The translations under genes and the position numbers were made by a program. Of a stretch of 64,000 nt of DNA, positions 9,465 through 18,991 are shown piece after piece (the stretch's first letter is position 1; every line of letters starts with the position of its first letter). Below the pieces are notes generated by a model. The model did no database searches. It was not told the origin of the DNA and saw only the letters and a program-made list of their open reading frames with translations. The DNA lies in contig MGEK01000023.1 of assembly GCA_001791325.1 (NCBI GenBank), forward strand, positions 4,405-68,404. The letters are read 5' to 3'. This DNA comes from Candidatus Uhrbacteria bacterium RIFCSPLOWO2_01_FULL_47_25 (GTDB taxonomy: Bacteria; Patescibacteriota; Patescibacteriia; GWA2-46-9).

Positions 9465-9746
9465 CTAAAGTACTGCCTCTTTGGCGGCCTTGGCCACACG
9501 GAATTTGACTACAGTTTTGGCTGGAATCTGAATTTCCGCCCCAGTAGCAGGATTTCGTCCCATGCGGGCTTTGCGGTTAACCTTGACAAGCTTACCAATA
9601 CCCGGAACCACAAACTCGCCGTTGCGCTTGACCTCTTGATAGGCAAGAGTGGTCATTTCCTCCATTAAGGTAGCTACCTCTTTCTTGGCCACACCCACCT
9701 TACTGGCCAGCGCCTCAATAATCTGCGCCTTTGTCATTTTAGCCAT
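9465..9746 (-). CDS. hup: DNA-binding protein HU
   Basis: Full-length HU/IHF family signature (GFGKF-like arm RNPATGAEIQIPA). Confidence 0.9.
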   Translation of the reverse strand: MAKMTKAQIIEALASKVGVAKKEVATLMEEMTTLAYQEVKRNGEFVVPGIGKLVKVNRKARMGRNPATGAEIQIPAKTVVKFRVAKAAKEAVL

Positions 9747-10130
9747 ACTATAAATTTAAAGAATTAAATGAAGCCACTGGCTTCACCCCGCCAAGGGCGG
9801 GGTTTATTAAATCCATATCGCTTCATCCCTACGCTCACGCGCAGGATATTCGCGGGGATTTAATAAAATGGTACGACCTTTATAATGTTAATAACATATT
9901 TAATACTAAGGAAAAGTATACACGAGAGCCACTAATAGGGCAACACCCCCCGGACAGGACCAAATTCTAAGCTCTAAGTACGAATTTCTAAACAAATTCC
10001 AAGTCCCAAATTCTAATAACTCCAATAAGTTTATAATTTGTGATTTCGGATTTGTGATTTGCTTAGCCTGCCTGCCGCGGGCAGGTATTTAGAGATTAGG
10101 CATTCGAAATTACAACAAAAACCAACATTC

Positions 10131-10817
10131 TCACTCTTTATAACTGCGCGGGGAAACCACTACCACATACTCACCCGGCGGAGGATTAGACGACAGCCGA
10201 GCGGCCAATGATATGGCCGAACCGCGATACAGGGTTTCAAATTGCTTGGTCAGCTCACGCGCGACGAGTATCAACCGCTCTGGATCGCGCTCGGACAAGG
10301 CCGTCAAGGCCTTGACTATGCGGTGCGGCGATTCATAAAAGACGACGCTACCTGAAGTCGCGGCAACTTGATTAAAAAAATTTTGGCGCCCCTTCTTATG
10401 CGGCGGAAATCCCATAAATGTAAATTCGTCCATCGGAAAACCGCTGACCGACGCGGCCACTACCAAAGCGCACGGCCCGGGAACGGGCACGACGCGCAGC
10501 TCTTCGCCAAAACGCCGCATGGCTTCGGCAACTAGTTTGCCGCCCGGATCGTTTATGCCGGGCGTGCCAGCGTCACTAACTAAGGCCATGTCATGTTTAA
10601 CCAATAAATCAAGAATGGACTTCAGGCGCGCCAACGAAGTATGGTGGTGATAAGAAATCAGTTGAGGCGAAATACCAAGATGGGACATCAAGATTCTTGT
10701 TCGTCTTGTATCTTCAGACAAAACAATAGGCACACTTGAAAGCACTTGCCGCGCTCGCTCGCTAATATCTTTTAAATTACCAATAGGAGTAGCAACGATG
10801 TAAAGCGTGAAAGCCAT
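10131..10817 (-). CDS. rsmI: 16S rRNA (cytidine1402-2'-O)-methyltransferase RsmI (tetrapyrrole methylase fold)
   Basis: LYIVATPIGNLKDIS N-terminal motif and overall length typical of RsmI. Confidence 0.8.
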   Translation of the reverse strand: MAFTLYIVATPIGNLKDISERARQVLSSVPIVLSEDTRRTRILMSHLGISPQLISYHHHTSLARLKSILDLLVKHDMALVSDAGTPGINDPGGKLVAEAMRRFGEELRVVPVPGPCALVVAASVSGFPMDEFTFMGFPPHKKGRQNFFNQVAATSGSVVFYESPHRIVKALTALSERDPERLILVARELTKQFETLYRGSAISLAARLSSNPPPGEYVVVVSPRSYKE

Positions 10818-10872
10818 AAGCTATAAGCCGTAAAACAATAAAATCAAAAAGGCAAAAGTACAAGTTCAAGGT

Positions 10873-10932
10873 CAAAAGCTTTTGAATTTTGCATTGTAAT
10901 TTTGACTTCTAACTTTTGAATTTTGACTTCAA
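10873..10932. repeat. 60-bp repeat copy 1 (CAAAAGCTTTTGAATTTTGCATTGTAATTTTGACTTCTAACTTTTGAATTTTGACTTCAA)
   Basis: Near-identical to 11448-11507; overlaps the stop codon and last 7 codons of gene 10909..11403. Confidence 0.85.
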
Positions 10933-11403
10933 CCGGCGCCTGTATATCTCTAGATAAGCCAACACCAGCAAACTGTAGTTGACTATCATAAATGTCGGAT
11001 CGGCCCAATTAATGGCGTTTACTTTCCATGATGAGAGGGGAAACAAGAAAGGTGTCGGAAAAAATTCGTAAGTGTGCGTACCAATATCAATCAAAATATG
11101 CAGACCCCAGGCGGCAAGCGGCCACCAAATTTTACCCGAACGCCATAGCGCCACTAAGCCAAAAACGACTAAAAAAATTACGGCACTATGTGTGTAATTG
11201 TATATAAAAGAAACGTACAATGGTATGGATTCTACCTCCGGACGGCCAACGCCAAAAGTTCCAAATAAAATTCTGGAGATCATAAACGGACCAAAAGAAA
11301 ATAAATCAGGGGCCACGCCAAAAAATATCGCCCACCACCGATCAGCCGCGCGCTGTCGCTGATAAATAACATTGGCCCAAAGTCCATGAGCGAGAGTGTC
11401 CAT
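10909..11403 (-). CDS. hypothetical polytopic membrane protein
   Basis: 4-5 TM helices; C-terminal LKSKFKS tail encoded by the 60-bp repeat. Confidence 0.5.
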   Translation of the reverse strand: MDTLAHGLWANVIYQRQRAADRWWAIFFGVAPDLFSFGPFMISRILFGTFGVGRPEVESIPLYVSFIYNYTHSAVIFLVVFGLVALWRSGKIWWPLAAWGLHILIDIGTHTYEFFPTPFLFPLSSWKVNAINWADPTFMIVNYSLLVLAYLEIYRRRLKSKFKS

Positions 11404-11447
11404 GACAATAATTCAAAAGTTAAAATGTAAAAGGCAAAAGTGTAAGT

Positions 11448-11507
11448 CAAAAGCTTTTAAATTTTGCATTGTAATTTTGACTTTTAACTTTTGAATTCTG
11501 ATTTCAA
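11448..11507. repeat. 60-bp repeat copy 2
   Basis: 55/60 identity with 10873-10932; overlaps the stop codon and last 7 codons of trxB. Confidence 0.85.
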
Positions 11508-12470
11508 ATTCTCAAGGTATTCTTCGGCTTCCATGGCCGCGGCACAGCCCCGACCGGCCGCAGTTACGGCCTGGCGGTATTTTTGATCCTCAACATCGCC
11601 AGCCACAAATACTCCGGCGATGTTCGTATGCACGCCGTCAGGACTGATAATATAGCCTGCTTCGTCAAGACCAAGCTCTCCACGAAATGGTTCAGTATTG
11701 GGTTTGTGTCCGATAGCGACGAAGACTCCTTGACAATTAATCGTTTTAATCTCGCCTGTTGTTATGTTTTTAAGACGCACCCCGGAAACCATGCTGGCGC
11801 CCAAAACTTCAGTAACTTCCATTGGCACACACCAAAATATCTTAGAGTTGGCTCGGGCCCTATCTTGAAGAATTTGCTGGGCGCGAAAGGACTCCCTCCG
11901 ATGAACTATCGTAACTTGACTGGCCAGCTTGGCTAAATAAATAGCCTCCCGCATAGAGCTGTCTCCCCCGCCCACCACAACCACTTCCTTATTCTTGAAA
12001 AAATAACCATCGCAAACAGCGCAACTGGATACGCCATGCCCTATTAGGCGCTGCTCTGATGGCAATCCTAACCAACGGGCGCTGGCGCCGGTGGCCACAA
12101 TAACGCTCTGCGCTTTCAGTTCCTGGTCGTGCATTGAAACAGTAAAAGGGCGCTCTTTGAAATTCACAGCCACAACACTATCACCAATAAAACTAGTACC
12201 AAATCGTTCCGCCTGACGCTTCATCCGGTCCATTAATTCAGGACCTTGCAATCCTTCAGGGAAGCCGGGGAAATCTTCAACATCAGTAGTCAATGTTAAT
12301 TGGCCACCCTCTTCATGTCCGGTAATGACCAGAGGCGACAAACTAGACCGCGCCGCATAAATAGCGGCGGTTAAGCCGGCGGGTCCAGAACCAATGATAA
12401 TTAATTTATAAACTTCGTTGACCATAATATTAACATACCACGAATATAGAGCCAGTCCATTATCAAACAA
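11484..12470 (-). CDS. trxB: thioredoxin-disulfide reductase
   Basis: FAD motif GSGPAGLTAAIYAAR, redox-active CAVCDG, NADPH GGGDSS motif. Confidence 0.9.
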   Translation of the reverse strand: MFDNGLALYSWYVNIMVNEVYKLIIIGSGPAGLTAAIYAARSSLSPLVITGHEEGGQLTLTTDVEDFPGFPEGLQGPELMDRMKRQAERFGTSFIGDSVVAVNFKERPFTVSMHDQELKAQSVIVATGASARWLGLPSEQRLIGHGVSSCAVCDGYFFKNKEVVVVGGGDSSMREAIYLAKLASQVTIVHRRESFRAQQILQDRARANSKIFWCVPMEVTEVLGASMVSGVRLKNITTGEIKTINCQGVFVAIGHKPNTEPFRGELGLDEAGYIISPDGVHTNIAGVFVAGDVEDQKYRQAVTAAGRGCAAAMEAEEYLENLKSEFKS

Positions 12471-12494
12471 GCTTACGTTCGGTCTTGATACTGA

Positions 12495-13556
12495 TCATCG
12501 CAACCCGCTCCGTATGAATGATGGCTCTAAAACCTTGAACACACTAACCGGTTTTAAAATTCGCCCCGTTGATTCCAAAAACTCTAACAGTCTTTCGCCG
12601 CTGCCATAAAGAGAAGTAATATCATTGCCGTAAGTGAAAGCAATGGCATTGCCGGCAAAATTCAGCAGCTCAATACCACGAAATTCATCTTCTAAATTAG
12701 CCAATGTTACCCCCGACGCAATGGCGGCAATGGCCATAACTTCCTGCCTTTCCGCTTCGCCGTGTTCAAAATAATCAATAACATCAAACCAAGCTCTCAA
12801 AAAAGCGGCAACTTTTTTCGGATGAGATAAAACATATTCTTCGCGAAAGGCGATGACGTTTGAAATGAGCCCCGGGGTTTCGGCTGAAGAGAAAAGAAGA
12901 TGACTTTGCCGCCGCGCGACAGCCAAACTCAAATAAGGTTCAACGCTCACTACGGCATCAACGCGATGAGCCAAAAAAGCGCGCACCGCGCCTAATGGTT
13001 CTTGCGGCACGATAATCACGTCATCTTCAGACAACGCGGCGCGTCTTAAGGCCTCTTGAAAAAGGAGGTGCCCAAAGCCTTGAACCGGAACAGCGACGCG
13101 ACGTCCTCGCAAATCCTGGAGCGATTGAATATCCGGCACCGCCACAATACCATCAGCCCCAGATGAATAATCAATACTGGCCACTACTTTTATTGGCAGC
13201 CCCTCCGCTGTCAAGCGCAATGGTTCAGATAGCACAAAAGATCCGCCATCAGCTTCTCCTTGACGCAATGCTTCAACGGCGCGCTCATAATTACCACCGA
13301 CATCAATAATTTTCACTTTAAGGCCATACTTTTTAAACAAACCCCTTGATTCAACCGCATAAATAAGTCGTGAGGCTGGCCAGGAAGTTACAACAAAATT
13401 CAAATCAACCGGTTCTAAACGACGATACAGGACTTGCCAACCAAAAACCAAGGTCAGTATCACGATGACGGCAACCGCGGCGATGTTAATCCGTTTGAGC
13501 ATGGACTTAGACAATATCTTCCCGTTGTTCGCGGAAAAAGCCGAGCACATCCTCAA
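12495..13556 (-). CDS. membrane-anchored substrate-binding protein, NMT1/SsuA-like family
   Basis: N-terminal TM plus periplasmic-binding-protein type II fold resemblance; weak. Confidence 0.5.
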   Translation of the reverse strand: MRMCSAFSANNGKILSKSMLKRINIAAVAVIVILTLVFGWQVLYRRLEPVDLNFVVTSWPASRLIYAVESRGLFKKYGLKVKIIDVGGNYERAVEALRQGEADGGSFVLSEPLRLTAEGLPIKVVASIDYSSGADGIVAVPDIQSLQDLRGRRVAVPVQGFGHLLFQEALRRAALSEDDVIIVPQEPLGAVRAFLAHRVDAVVSVEPYLSLAVARRQSHLLFSSAETPGLISNVIAFREEYVLSHPKKVAAFLRAWFDVIDYFEHGEAERQEVMAIAAIASGVTLANLEDEFRGIELLNFAGNAIAFTYGNDITSLYGSGERLLEFLESTGRILKPVSVFKVLEPSFIRSGLR

Positions 13557-15150
13557 ATACTATCAAAAACGATTTGAATGGCGCTTCCAATAAATAGTCA
13601 AATAAATACAGAAAGACATTGAATTTAGCTGAAGTTAAAGAAACAAACTGGCCGACTCGCAAGATAGGTAAAGAGAAAAAATTAATGAGCACCAATAAAA
13701 TATTTTCCCGCTGACTGCTCACAAAAAGATCGCGCACTGGTTGACGAATACGAATGGCAAAAAAAGAAACAACGGTTAAAAAGAGCAGAAAAAATCCTGT
13801 GCCAATAAAGGTGAAGTGTAAACGATGCAGGATTAAAATAATTCCGCCAAAAGTTATGGTGAAGGTAAGAAGATAAAAAAGCGAAAATACACTAACCAAA
13901 AAAACTGACGAACCGACCGGATTTTTAACTTTAGAAAATACCCGGCGTTCTCCTCCATAAAGCAGCTCTATCATTACCCTAACAACTTCTCGGGTATTTG
14001 TCCGACCCGGAAAACGGGTGGTCGCCGTCAATAAAAACATCAAGCTAGGAGGAAAAACCGTGTTAATAACTATGGGGGTAGCAAGCACGGCGCCATAGAT
14101 AAATTGTTCGGCCGGGGCTTCGGCTATTAAAGCCAAGATAATCTTGGTTAAAAAAATATATACGGTAGCACGAACGGCGCTACGGTACAAACGACGACGG
14201 GTGCCGCGATAATATTTTTGACAAATCTCCTCTAGCTCGGATCGTAATCTTGGTTCGTTCAATAAAAGCTCACGAGCTCCGCCGGGGTATTTCATGGCGA
14301 TATCTTTCAAGGCATGAAAAACAATGACGCGAGACTTTAAGGCGCGATATAGTTTTAAACCAGCGGGATGCCGCAAGGCCTGTTCAGTATTGAAATACTG
14401 CCGAGAAAGCGATGGCCATAAAGACGACATATCCTCGGCGCGTCGTGAGCGCCAATCCGGCATTTGCTTTAATAATAAAAAAAAGTGTAGTGTCTGAGGA
14501 TCAAAAGCAAACAAAGCACGATAACAAGCGATAAACACCTGTCTTTCTTTCTCTTCCGAACCCAACGACCAATCCATAAGCGGGTCGTCTTTAATGACGT
14601 AACTAACCATAAGATTCACTAGAGCCTGATGCTCTGGAGAAGGAGCGAGTTCGTCATCAAGCTCTGCCGAAAGTAAACCCAACAACCAAGCCTTAGCTGT
14701 CTTTTTTTCGTTCGATTTATCCTGCTCCATGAGATTGAAAAGAACAGCATAACGATCAAAGATGGTCTGCACTTTGGGCACAATCGCTTCGGGAATGGAA
14801 TCATTCCTTAAGTATTGCGCCTGCACTAGTTCAATTAAAAAAGGACGAGCGAACTCATGCCAGTCGCCACGGTCTTCAAGCTGACGTCTCACGATCCGTT
14901 CAATGGCATGCCGTCTTAATAGGTGCTCTTCACGATAATCCAGGCTATAACGTAATTTTTCATATAATGCCGCCGCTCCAGAAATCACGCTGGAAACGTG
15001 AATGTAAGAACCTTCCAATGTTGAGACTGAAGACTGTTTCTGCGAGAGATTGGCTAAAAACGCCTGAACCGGCGGCGTCAGTGTTTTGACTGAAATCGTT
15101 GCCTCTTTGGCACCTAAATTCTTTGGTTTGCTCAATGCGGAGATGGGCAT
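13507..15150 (-). CDS. hypothetical protein with soluble N-terminal half and polytopic C-terminal membrane half
   Basis: Long ORF; ATG lies 1 nt after TIR element B; 50-nt overlap with the downstream gene. Confidence 0.5.
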   Translation of the reverse strand: MPISALSKPKNLGAKEATISVKTLTPPVQAFLANLSQKQSSVSTLEGSYIHVSSVISGAAALYEKLRYSLDYREEHLLRRHAIERIVRRQLEDRGDWHEFARPFLIELVQAQYLRNDSIPEAIVPKVQTIFDRYAVLFNLMEQDKSNEKKTAKAWLLGLLSAELDDELAPSPEHQALVNLMVSYVIKDDPLMDWSLGSEEKERQVFIACYRALFAFDPQTLHFFLLLKQMPDWRSRRAEDMSSLWPSLSRQYFNTEQALRHPAGLKLYRALKSRVIVFHALKDIAMKYPGGARELLLNEPRLRSELEEICQKYYRGTRRRLYRSAVRATVYIFLTKIILALIAEAPAEQFIYGAVLATPIVINTVFPPSLMFLLTATTRFPGRTNTREVVRVMIELLYGGERRVFSKVKNPVGSSVFLVSVFSLFYLLTFTITFGGIILILHRLHFTFIGTGFFLLFLTVVSFFAIRIRQPVRDLFVSSQRENILLVLINFFSLPILRVGQFVSLTSAKFNVFLYLFDYLLEAPFKSFLIVFEDVLGFFREQREDIV

Positions 15151-15151
15151 A

Positions 15152-15308
15152 CCCCGTTAGAAGTCCCGCCCATTCGGCGGGCAGGCCTCAGAAGACAAAA
15201 TTCTCTTAAGAATTTTGTCTTCTATGGTAACTAGAATATTTAGTTGGTTGGTAGATTGTATCATATATAAAAGATTGGATATTGTGCTAAGTCAGACTTC
15301 TAACGGGG
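15152..15308. repeat. TIR element copy B (CCCCGTTAGAAGTCC ... GACTTCTAACGGGG)
   Basis: Perfect 14/15-bp TIRs; internal hairpin AGAAGACAAAATTC-loop-GAATTTTGTCTTCT; ends 1 nt before the ATG of gene 13507..15150. Confidence 0.85.
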
Positions 15309-15490
15309 CACAACATTGATGGAATATAGAATGTGGAATATGGAATATAGGTATTAATTGTTGGGGAATTCTGATTTTCATAAACTTGATTCTAAATTCT
15401 ATATTCAATATTCTGCATACAACACATAGTATATCATACCTTCACGCTTTCATTATACATCATAACATGGTCAAGACACTAAATGATTGA

Positions 15491-17416
15491 TTAATTTTCC
15501 CACCGATTTAGAGCCCACCACTGCAGGATATCTTTAGCGACCGGCACCGCGTAAGTACTCCCTTCTCCCGCATTTTCTAAAAGTATCGTCACAACAATTT
15601 GCGGTGAATCAAAAGGCGCAAAACCGGTAAACCAAGCGTGGGGCTGACGACTGCCGACCTCGGCTGTGCCAGTTTTACCAGCTATATCCAAGGTTAAGCT
15701 GGACAAGGCGCGGCCACTGCCGCTCTTTACTACCTGTCTCATTCCTTCACGCACTATTTTCAAATTTTTTTCTTCAACGAGCAGTTGGCGCTTGACCACC
15801 GGACGGAAACGCTGGCGGTTTCCATCTTCACTGGAAACAGTTTCCAAAAGAAAATGCGGCTGGTAAAGCACGCCATTATTGGCAATAGCGGAAGTATAGT
15901 TAGCGATCTGTAATGGCGTAACCAACACGTCTCCTTGACCAATCGCCACATGATAAGTATCTCCAATATACCAAGGCGTTTTTTTTGTCTCTAGCTTCCA
16001 GGCCGGTGTTGGCACCAAACCGGCGGCTTCATTTGGCAAATCCACACCGGTTTTATCCCCCAGCCCAAAAATATGGGCATATTTATTAATCCGCTCAATA
16101 CCCAATCCTTGATAATCGTTATAACCGCCGCCAATAATATAAAAAAATGTGTTAATGGACTCGGCTAGCGCCAGACGAACGTCTGCCCAACCATGACCGC
16201 CGGCTTTCCAATCAGGGAAAAAAGATTGCCCAATGCGGAATCCTCCAGTGCTAAGATATTTGGTAGAGGCTGTAATCAATCCTTCAGATAGGGCGGCGGC
16301 GGCGATTATTGGTTTGATAGTTGATCCTGAAGGGTAAAGTCCTTGAACTGCTCGATTGAATAATGGATCATCAGAATTTTTCTGCAAGGACTCATATTCC
16401 TCAACGCTCAAACCACGACTAAATTCATTGGCATTAAACGAAGGATGGCTCACCATAGCAATAACGCTCCCGTCCCGTGGATCCATCACGACGGCAACGC
16501 CGCGCCGCGCGCCAGCCCGCTTGAGACCAGCCGCAAGAGCGTCTTCAACCACCTGCTGTAAATCAAGATCAATGGTCAACCAAACATTCTGGCCGGGAGT
16601 GGGCGCTATTTCTGTCAGTAACTGCTGCTCTTGCCCCAGGGCATTGATTTCTACTTCGCGCCGAGCATTTTCTCCGCGAAGAATATCTTCATAAAATAAC
16701 TCCAATCCGTTTTTCCCAATAACACCAGACATGGAAGAGTTCTCTCTTGGCGACAATAAATCTTCCTCTGTCATAGGTCCAACATAGCCAAGAATATGAC
16801 TAAGTGAGTTTATCCCAGAACTGAACGCAGGATAAAAACGCAAAGGAGACGAGATAATCTCCACTCCCGGCCAGCTACTTGCTAAAATCCTTAAACGCGG
16901 ACCGTCTGCCAAAGGAATGTTTTTAATAATAGCATGAGCGTCAATTGAGGATCCCCTCTTTTTCAGTAAATCTTCCCACGACTCTCTAATTTGAACATCT
17001 GAGATATTAGTAGCGACGCTAATTTCCTGAATAATTCTGTCTTGCTCCCCGCGATCACGCGGTAAATTATAAGGGATTAAAGCGAGTGATAGAGCGGGTA
17101 CATTGTCAGCAAGCTGACGACCAAATCGGTCGTAAAACAAACCACGTGGCGCAAATACTGTTTCAACCTTAACTCGATTTCCGTCGGCCAATCTACGATA
17201 AGCATCTCCTTCCATGATCTGGAGACTAAAAACCCGACCAACAAGAATCATCAAACCCACGACCATGACAAGACCGGTTAACCACAATTGCCTAACCCCC
17301 AGGGAACGACCAAGAAAGGGGCTCCCCTCGTCGGCACCCGGCCCTTCTGCCTCGCCCCAATGACTGACGCGCCGGCGAAAAGATATATTGACCGATGGCT
17401 CCCAAAATGGATTCAT
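15491..17416 (-). CDS. mrdA: penicillin-binding protein 2 (peptidoglycan D,D-transpeptidase)
   Basis: SXXK (STIKP), SXN and KTGTA motifs; N-terminal TM; follows mreBCD. Confidence 0.9.
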   Translation of the reverse strand: MNPFWEPSVNISFRRRVSHWGEAEGPGADEGSPFLGRSLGVRQLWLTGLVMVVGLMILVGRVFSLQIMEGDAYRRLADGNRVKVETVFAPRGLFYDRFGRQLADNVPALSLALIPYNLPRDRGEQDRIIQEISVATNISDVQIRESWEDLLKKRGSSIDAHAIIKNIPLADGPRLRILASSWPGVEIISSPLRFYPAFSSGINSLSHILGYVGPMTEEDLLSPRENSSMSGVIGKNGLELFYEDILRGENARREVEINALGQEQQLLTEIAPTPGQNVWLTIDLDLQQVVEDALAAGLKRAGARRGVAVVMDPRDGSVIAMVSHPSFNANEFSRGLSVEEYESLQKNSDDPLFNRAVQGLYPSGSTIKPIIAAAALSEGLITASTKYLSTGGFRIGQSFFPDWKAGGHGWADVRLALAESINTFFYIIGGGYNDYQGLGIERINKYAHIFGLGDKTGVDLPNEAAGLVPTPAWKLETKKTPWYIGDTYHVAIGQGDVLVTPLQIANYTSAIANNGVLYQPHFLLETVSSEDGNRQRFRPVVKRQLLVEEKNLKIVREGMRQVVKSGSGRALSSLTLDIAGKTGTAEVGSRQPHAWFTGFAPFDSPQIVVTILLENAGEGSTYAVPVAKDILQWWALNRWEN

Positions 17417-17928
17417 GACAGCTTATAAAAATTATAATTTGTTACTGATGACTGGCGGCGGTGCCAAAGAAAAAAAATCACCATGACCAAAACAAAATTG
17501 ATAAAGAGAGGCCAAAACTTAAAATAATTTTCCAAATCACTGCCGTAGCCCCATCGTTCGGCAACCAAAGACGCTACAGCTTCCCCAAAAACAAAACTCG
17601 CATAAACGCTAAAAATTATTATTAAATGAGTAGGCAAAGAACGATTAGTTAAAATACGCGCCAAGAGCATAGAAACAGCCAAGCCCAAACCGACTCCCAA
17701 CATAGTTGAGGCATACGGCGCCAAAAGAACAATATCCCGCCACGCCGCCGCTGTCATCACTGCCGCCAGCACCCAGCGTCCGGGCAAAAGTAGCAACATC
17801 AACACGACAAGCGCCGCAAACAGCGAAATGCCGCGGAATACTTCCGGCAAAATCGCCGGCATGGCGGCTTCTAGTGTCGGCTCAAAAAATACTGCAAAAA
17901 ACAGCAATCCTGTCTGGTATTTTTTCAT
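17413..17928 (-). CDS. mreD: rod shape-determining protein MreD (putative)
   Basis: Small polytopic membrane protein between mreC and mrdA, overlapping both by 4 nt. Confidence 0.6.
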   Translation of the reverse strand: MKKYQTGLLFFAVFFEPTLEAAMPAILPEVFRGISLFAALVVLMLLLLPGRWVLAAVMTAAAWRDIVLLAPYASTMLGVGLGLAVSMLLARILTNRSLPTHLIIIFSVYASFVFGEAVASLVAERWGYGSDLENYFKFWPLFINFVLVMVIFFLWHRRQSSVTNYNFYKLS

Positions 17929-18722
17929 AAGGCGGTAATCACGGTCACAATATTCAATGTGTCGGGCTCAACTAATGGCGCAATGGTAGCCTCTTGCCAT
18001 AAACCTTGTGGATCATTCTTTCCCTCAAGTACCGTTCCAACCAATAAATCTGGCGGCACACTCTCACTAACAAAACTAGTAACAACGACGTCATTTGGTT
18101 TAATATCAGCGTCCTTAGGAATCTGCGTCATGCGCAAAGACAAACCACCAACGCTCTCTAAAAACCCAAAAGCTTGCTTTTTACCCAAAATGCGCACCGA
18201 CACCTGGGTAAGACGGTGCTCCAACAATCGCATTATACTTATTTCCTCTCCGACGTCAGATATCACGCCAACGAGCGCCCCTTCAGGACTAATAACCGCC
18301 GCGCCCGCCTTAATGCCGGCGCGCCTACCGGCAGCCAGACGAAATTGAGCTGGAGCTTTCGGGTCTTCACCGATCACTCGAGTGGTGACTGTAATCCGAG
18401 AGTGACTTTCCTGAAAATTTACCAAACGCCGCAAATTGTTATTTTCCTCTTGAAGCAAGGCGAGATATGATCGATCCAAAGAGAGCTCGGATAATCTTGA
18501 TTCAAGTTCAGACAAACGCGACGAAGCCTCTTGGCCAATGATTGTCTTTTCTATATAAAAACGCGACACCCGCGCAAAATTGAATAGCCCGCCCTCCAAA
18601 CGCGAACTGAAACGGAGAAACGGAGCCAGTGGACGCTGCGCTAATGGCGTCAACTCAATTAAAAGCAAAATAGCGACAAGCAAAATTAAACCTATAACTC
18701 GTCGTCTATTCAACAGAGCCAT
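17925..18722 (-). CDS. mreC: rod shape-determining protein MreC
   Basis: N-terminal TM, coiled-coil, C-terminal beta domain; position after mreB. Confidence 0.8.
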   Translation of the reverse strand: MALLNRRRVIGLILLVAILLLIELTPLAQRPLAPFLRFSSRLEGGLFNFARVSRFYIEKTIIGQEASSRLSELESRLSELSLDRSYLALLQEENNNLRRLVNFQESHSRITVTTRVIGEDPKAPAQFRLAAGRRAGIKAGAAVISPEGALVGVISDVGEEISIMRLLEHRLTQVSVRILGKKQAFGFLESVGGLSLRMTQIPKDADIKPNDVVVTSFVSESVPPDLLVGTVLEGKNDPQGLWQEATIAPLVEPDTLNIVTVITAL

Positions 18723-18729
18723 AGCATTG

Positions 18730-18832
18730 GAAGAATATAAAATATGGAATATTGAATATATTACTTGCTATGTAGAATCAATCGTTGTAGCTCACGTTCT
18801 ATATTCCAAATTCTATATTCAATATTCTAATC
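18730..18832. repeat. TATATTC(A/C)A(T/A)ATTCT repeat cluster upstream of mreC (inverted and direct copies)
   Basis: GGAATATTGAATATA at 18745-18759 and TTCTATATTCCAAATTCTATATTCAATATTCT at 18797-18828; same motif at 15321-15351, 15393-15414 and 52411-52446. Confidence 0.7.
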
Positions 18833-18855
18833 AAAGGCAATCTTCTAGCGGGGTT

Positions 18856-18991
18856 CCCCCGTTAGAGGGTCTGGGCGGAAAAAGTTTTAGCTAAAACTTT
18901 TTCCGCTAACTTAAACAGAACAGTATTAATAATAAGACGGCCAATGGTCATAATAGTAGGTAACCAAGATAATGACGACCCTCTAACGGGG
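18856..18991. repeat. TIR element copy F with co-varied termini (CCCCCGTTAGAGGGTC ... GACCCTCTAACGGGG) and internal 15-bp perfect hairpin GCGGAAAAAGTTTTA-GC-TAAAACTTTTTCCGC
   Basis: Termini differ from the consensus (AAGTCC to AGGGTC) but stay mutually complementary; the right TIR supplies the TAG stop and last 3 codons (EPR) of mreB. Confidence 0.75.
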
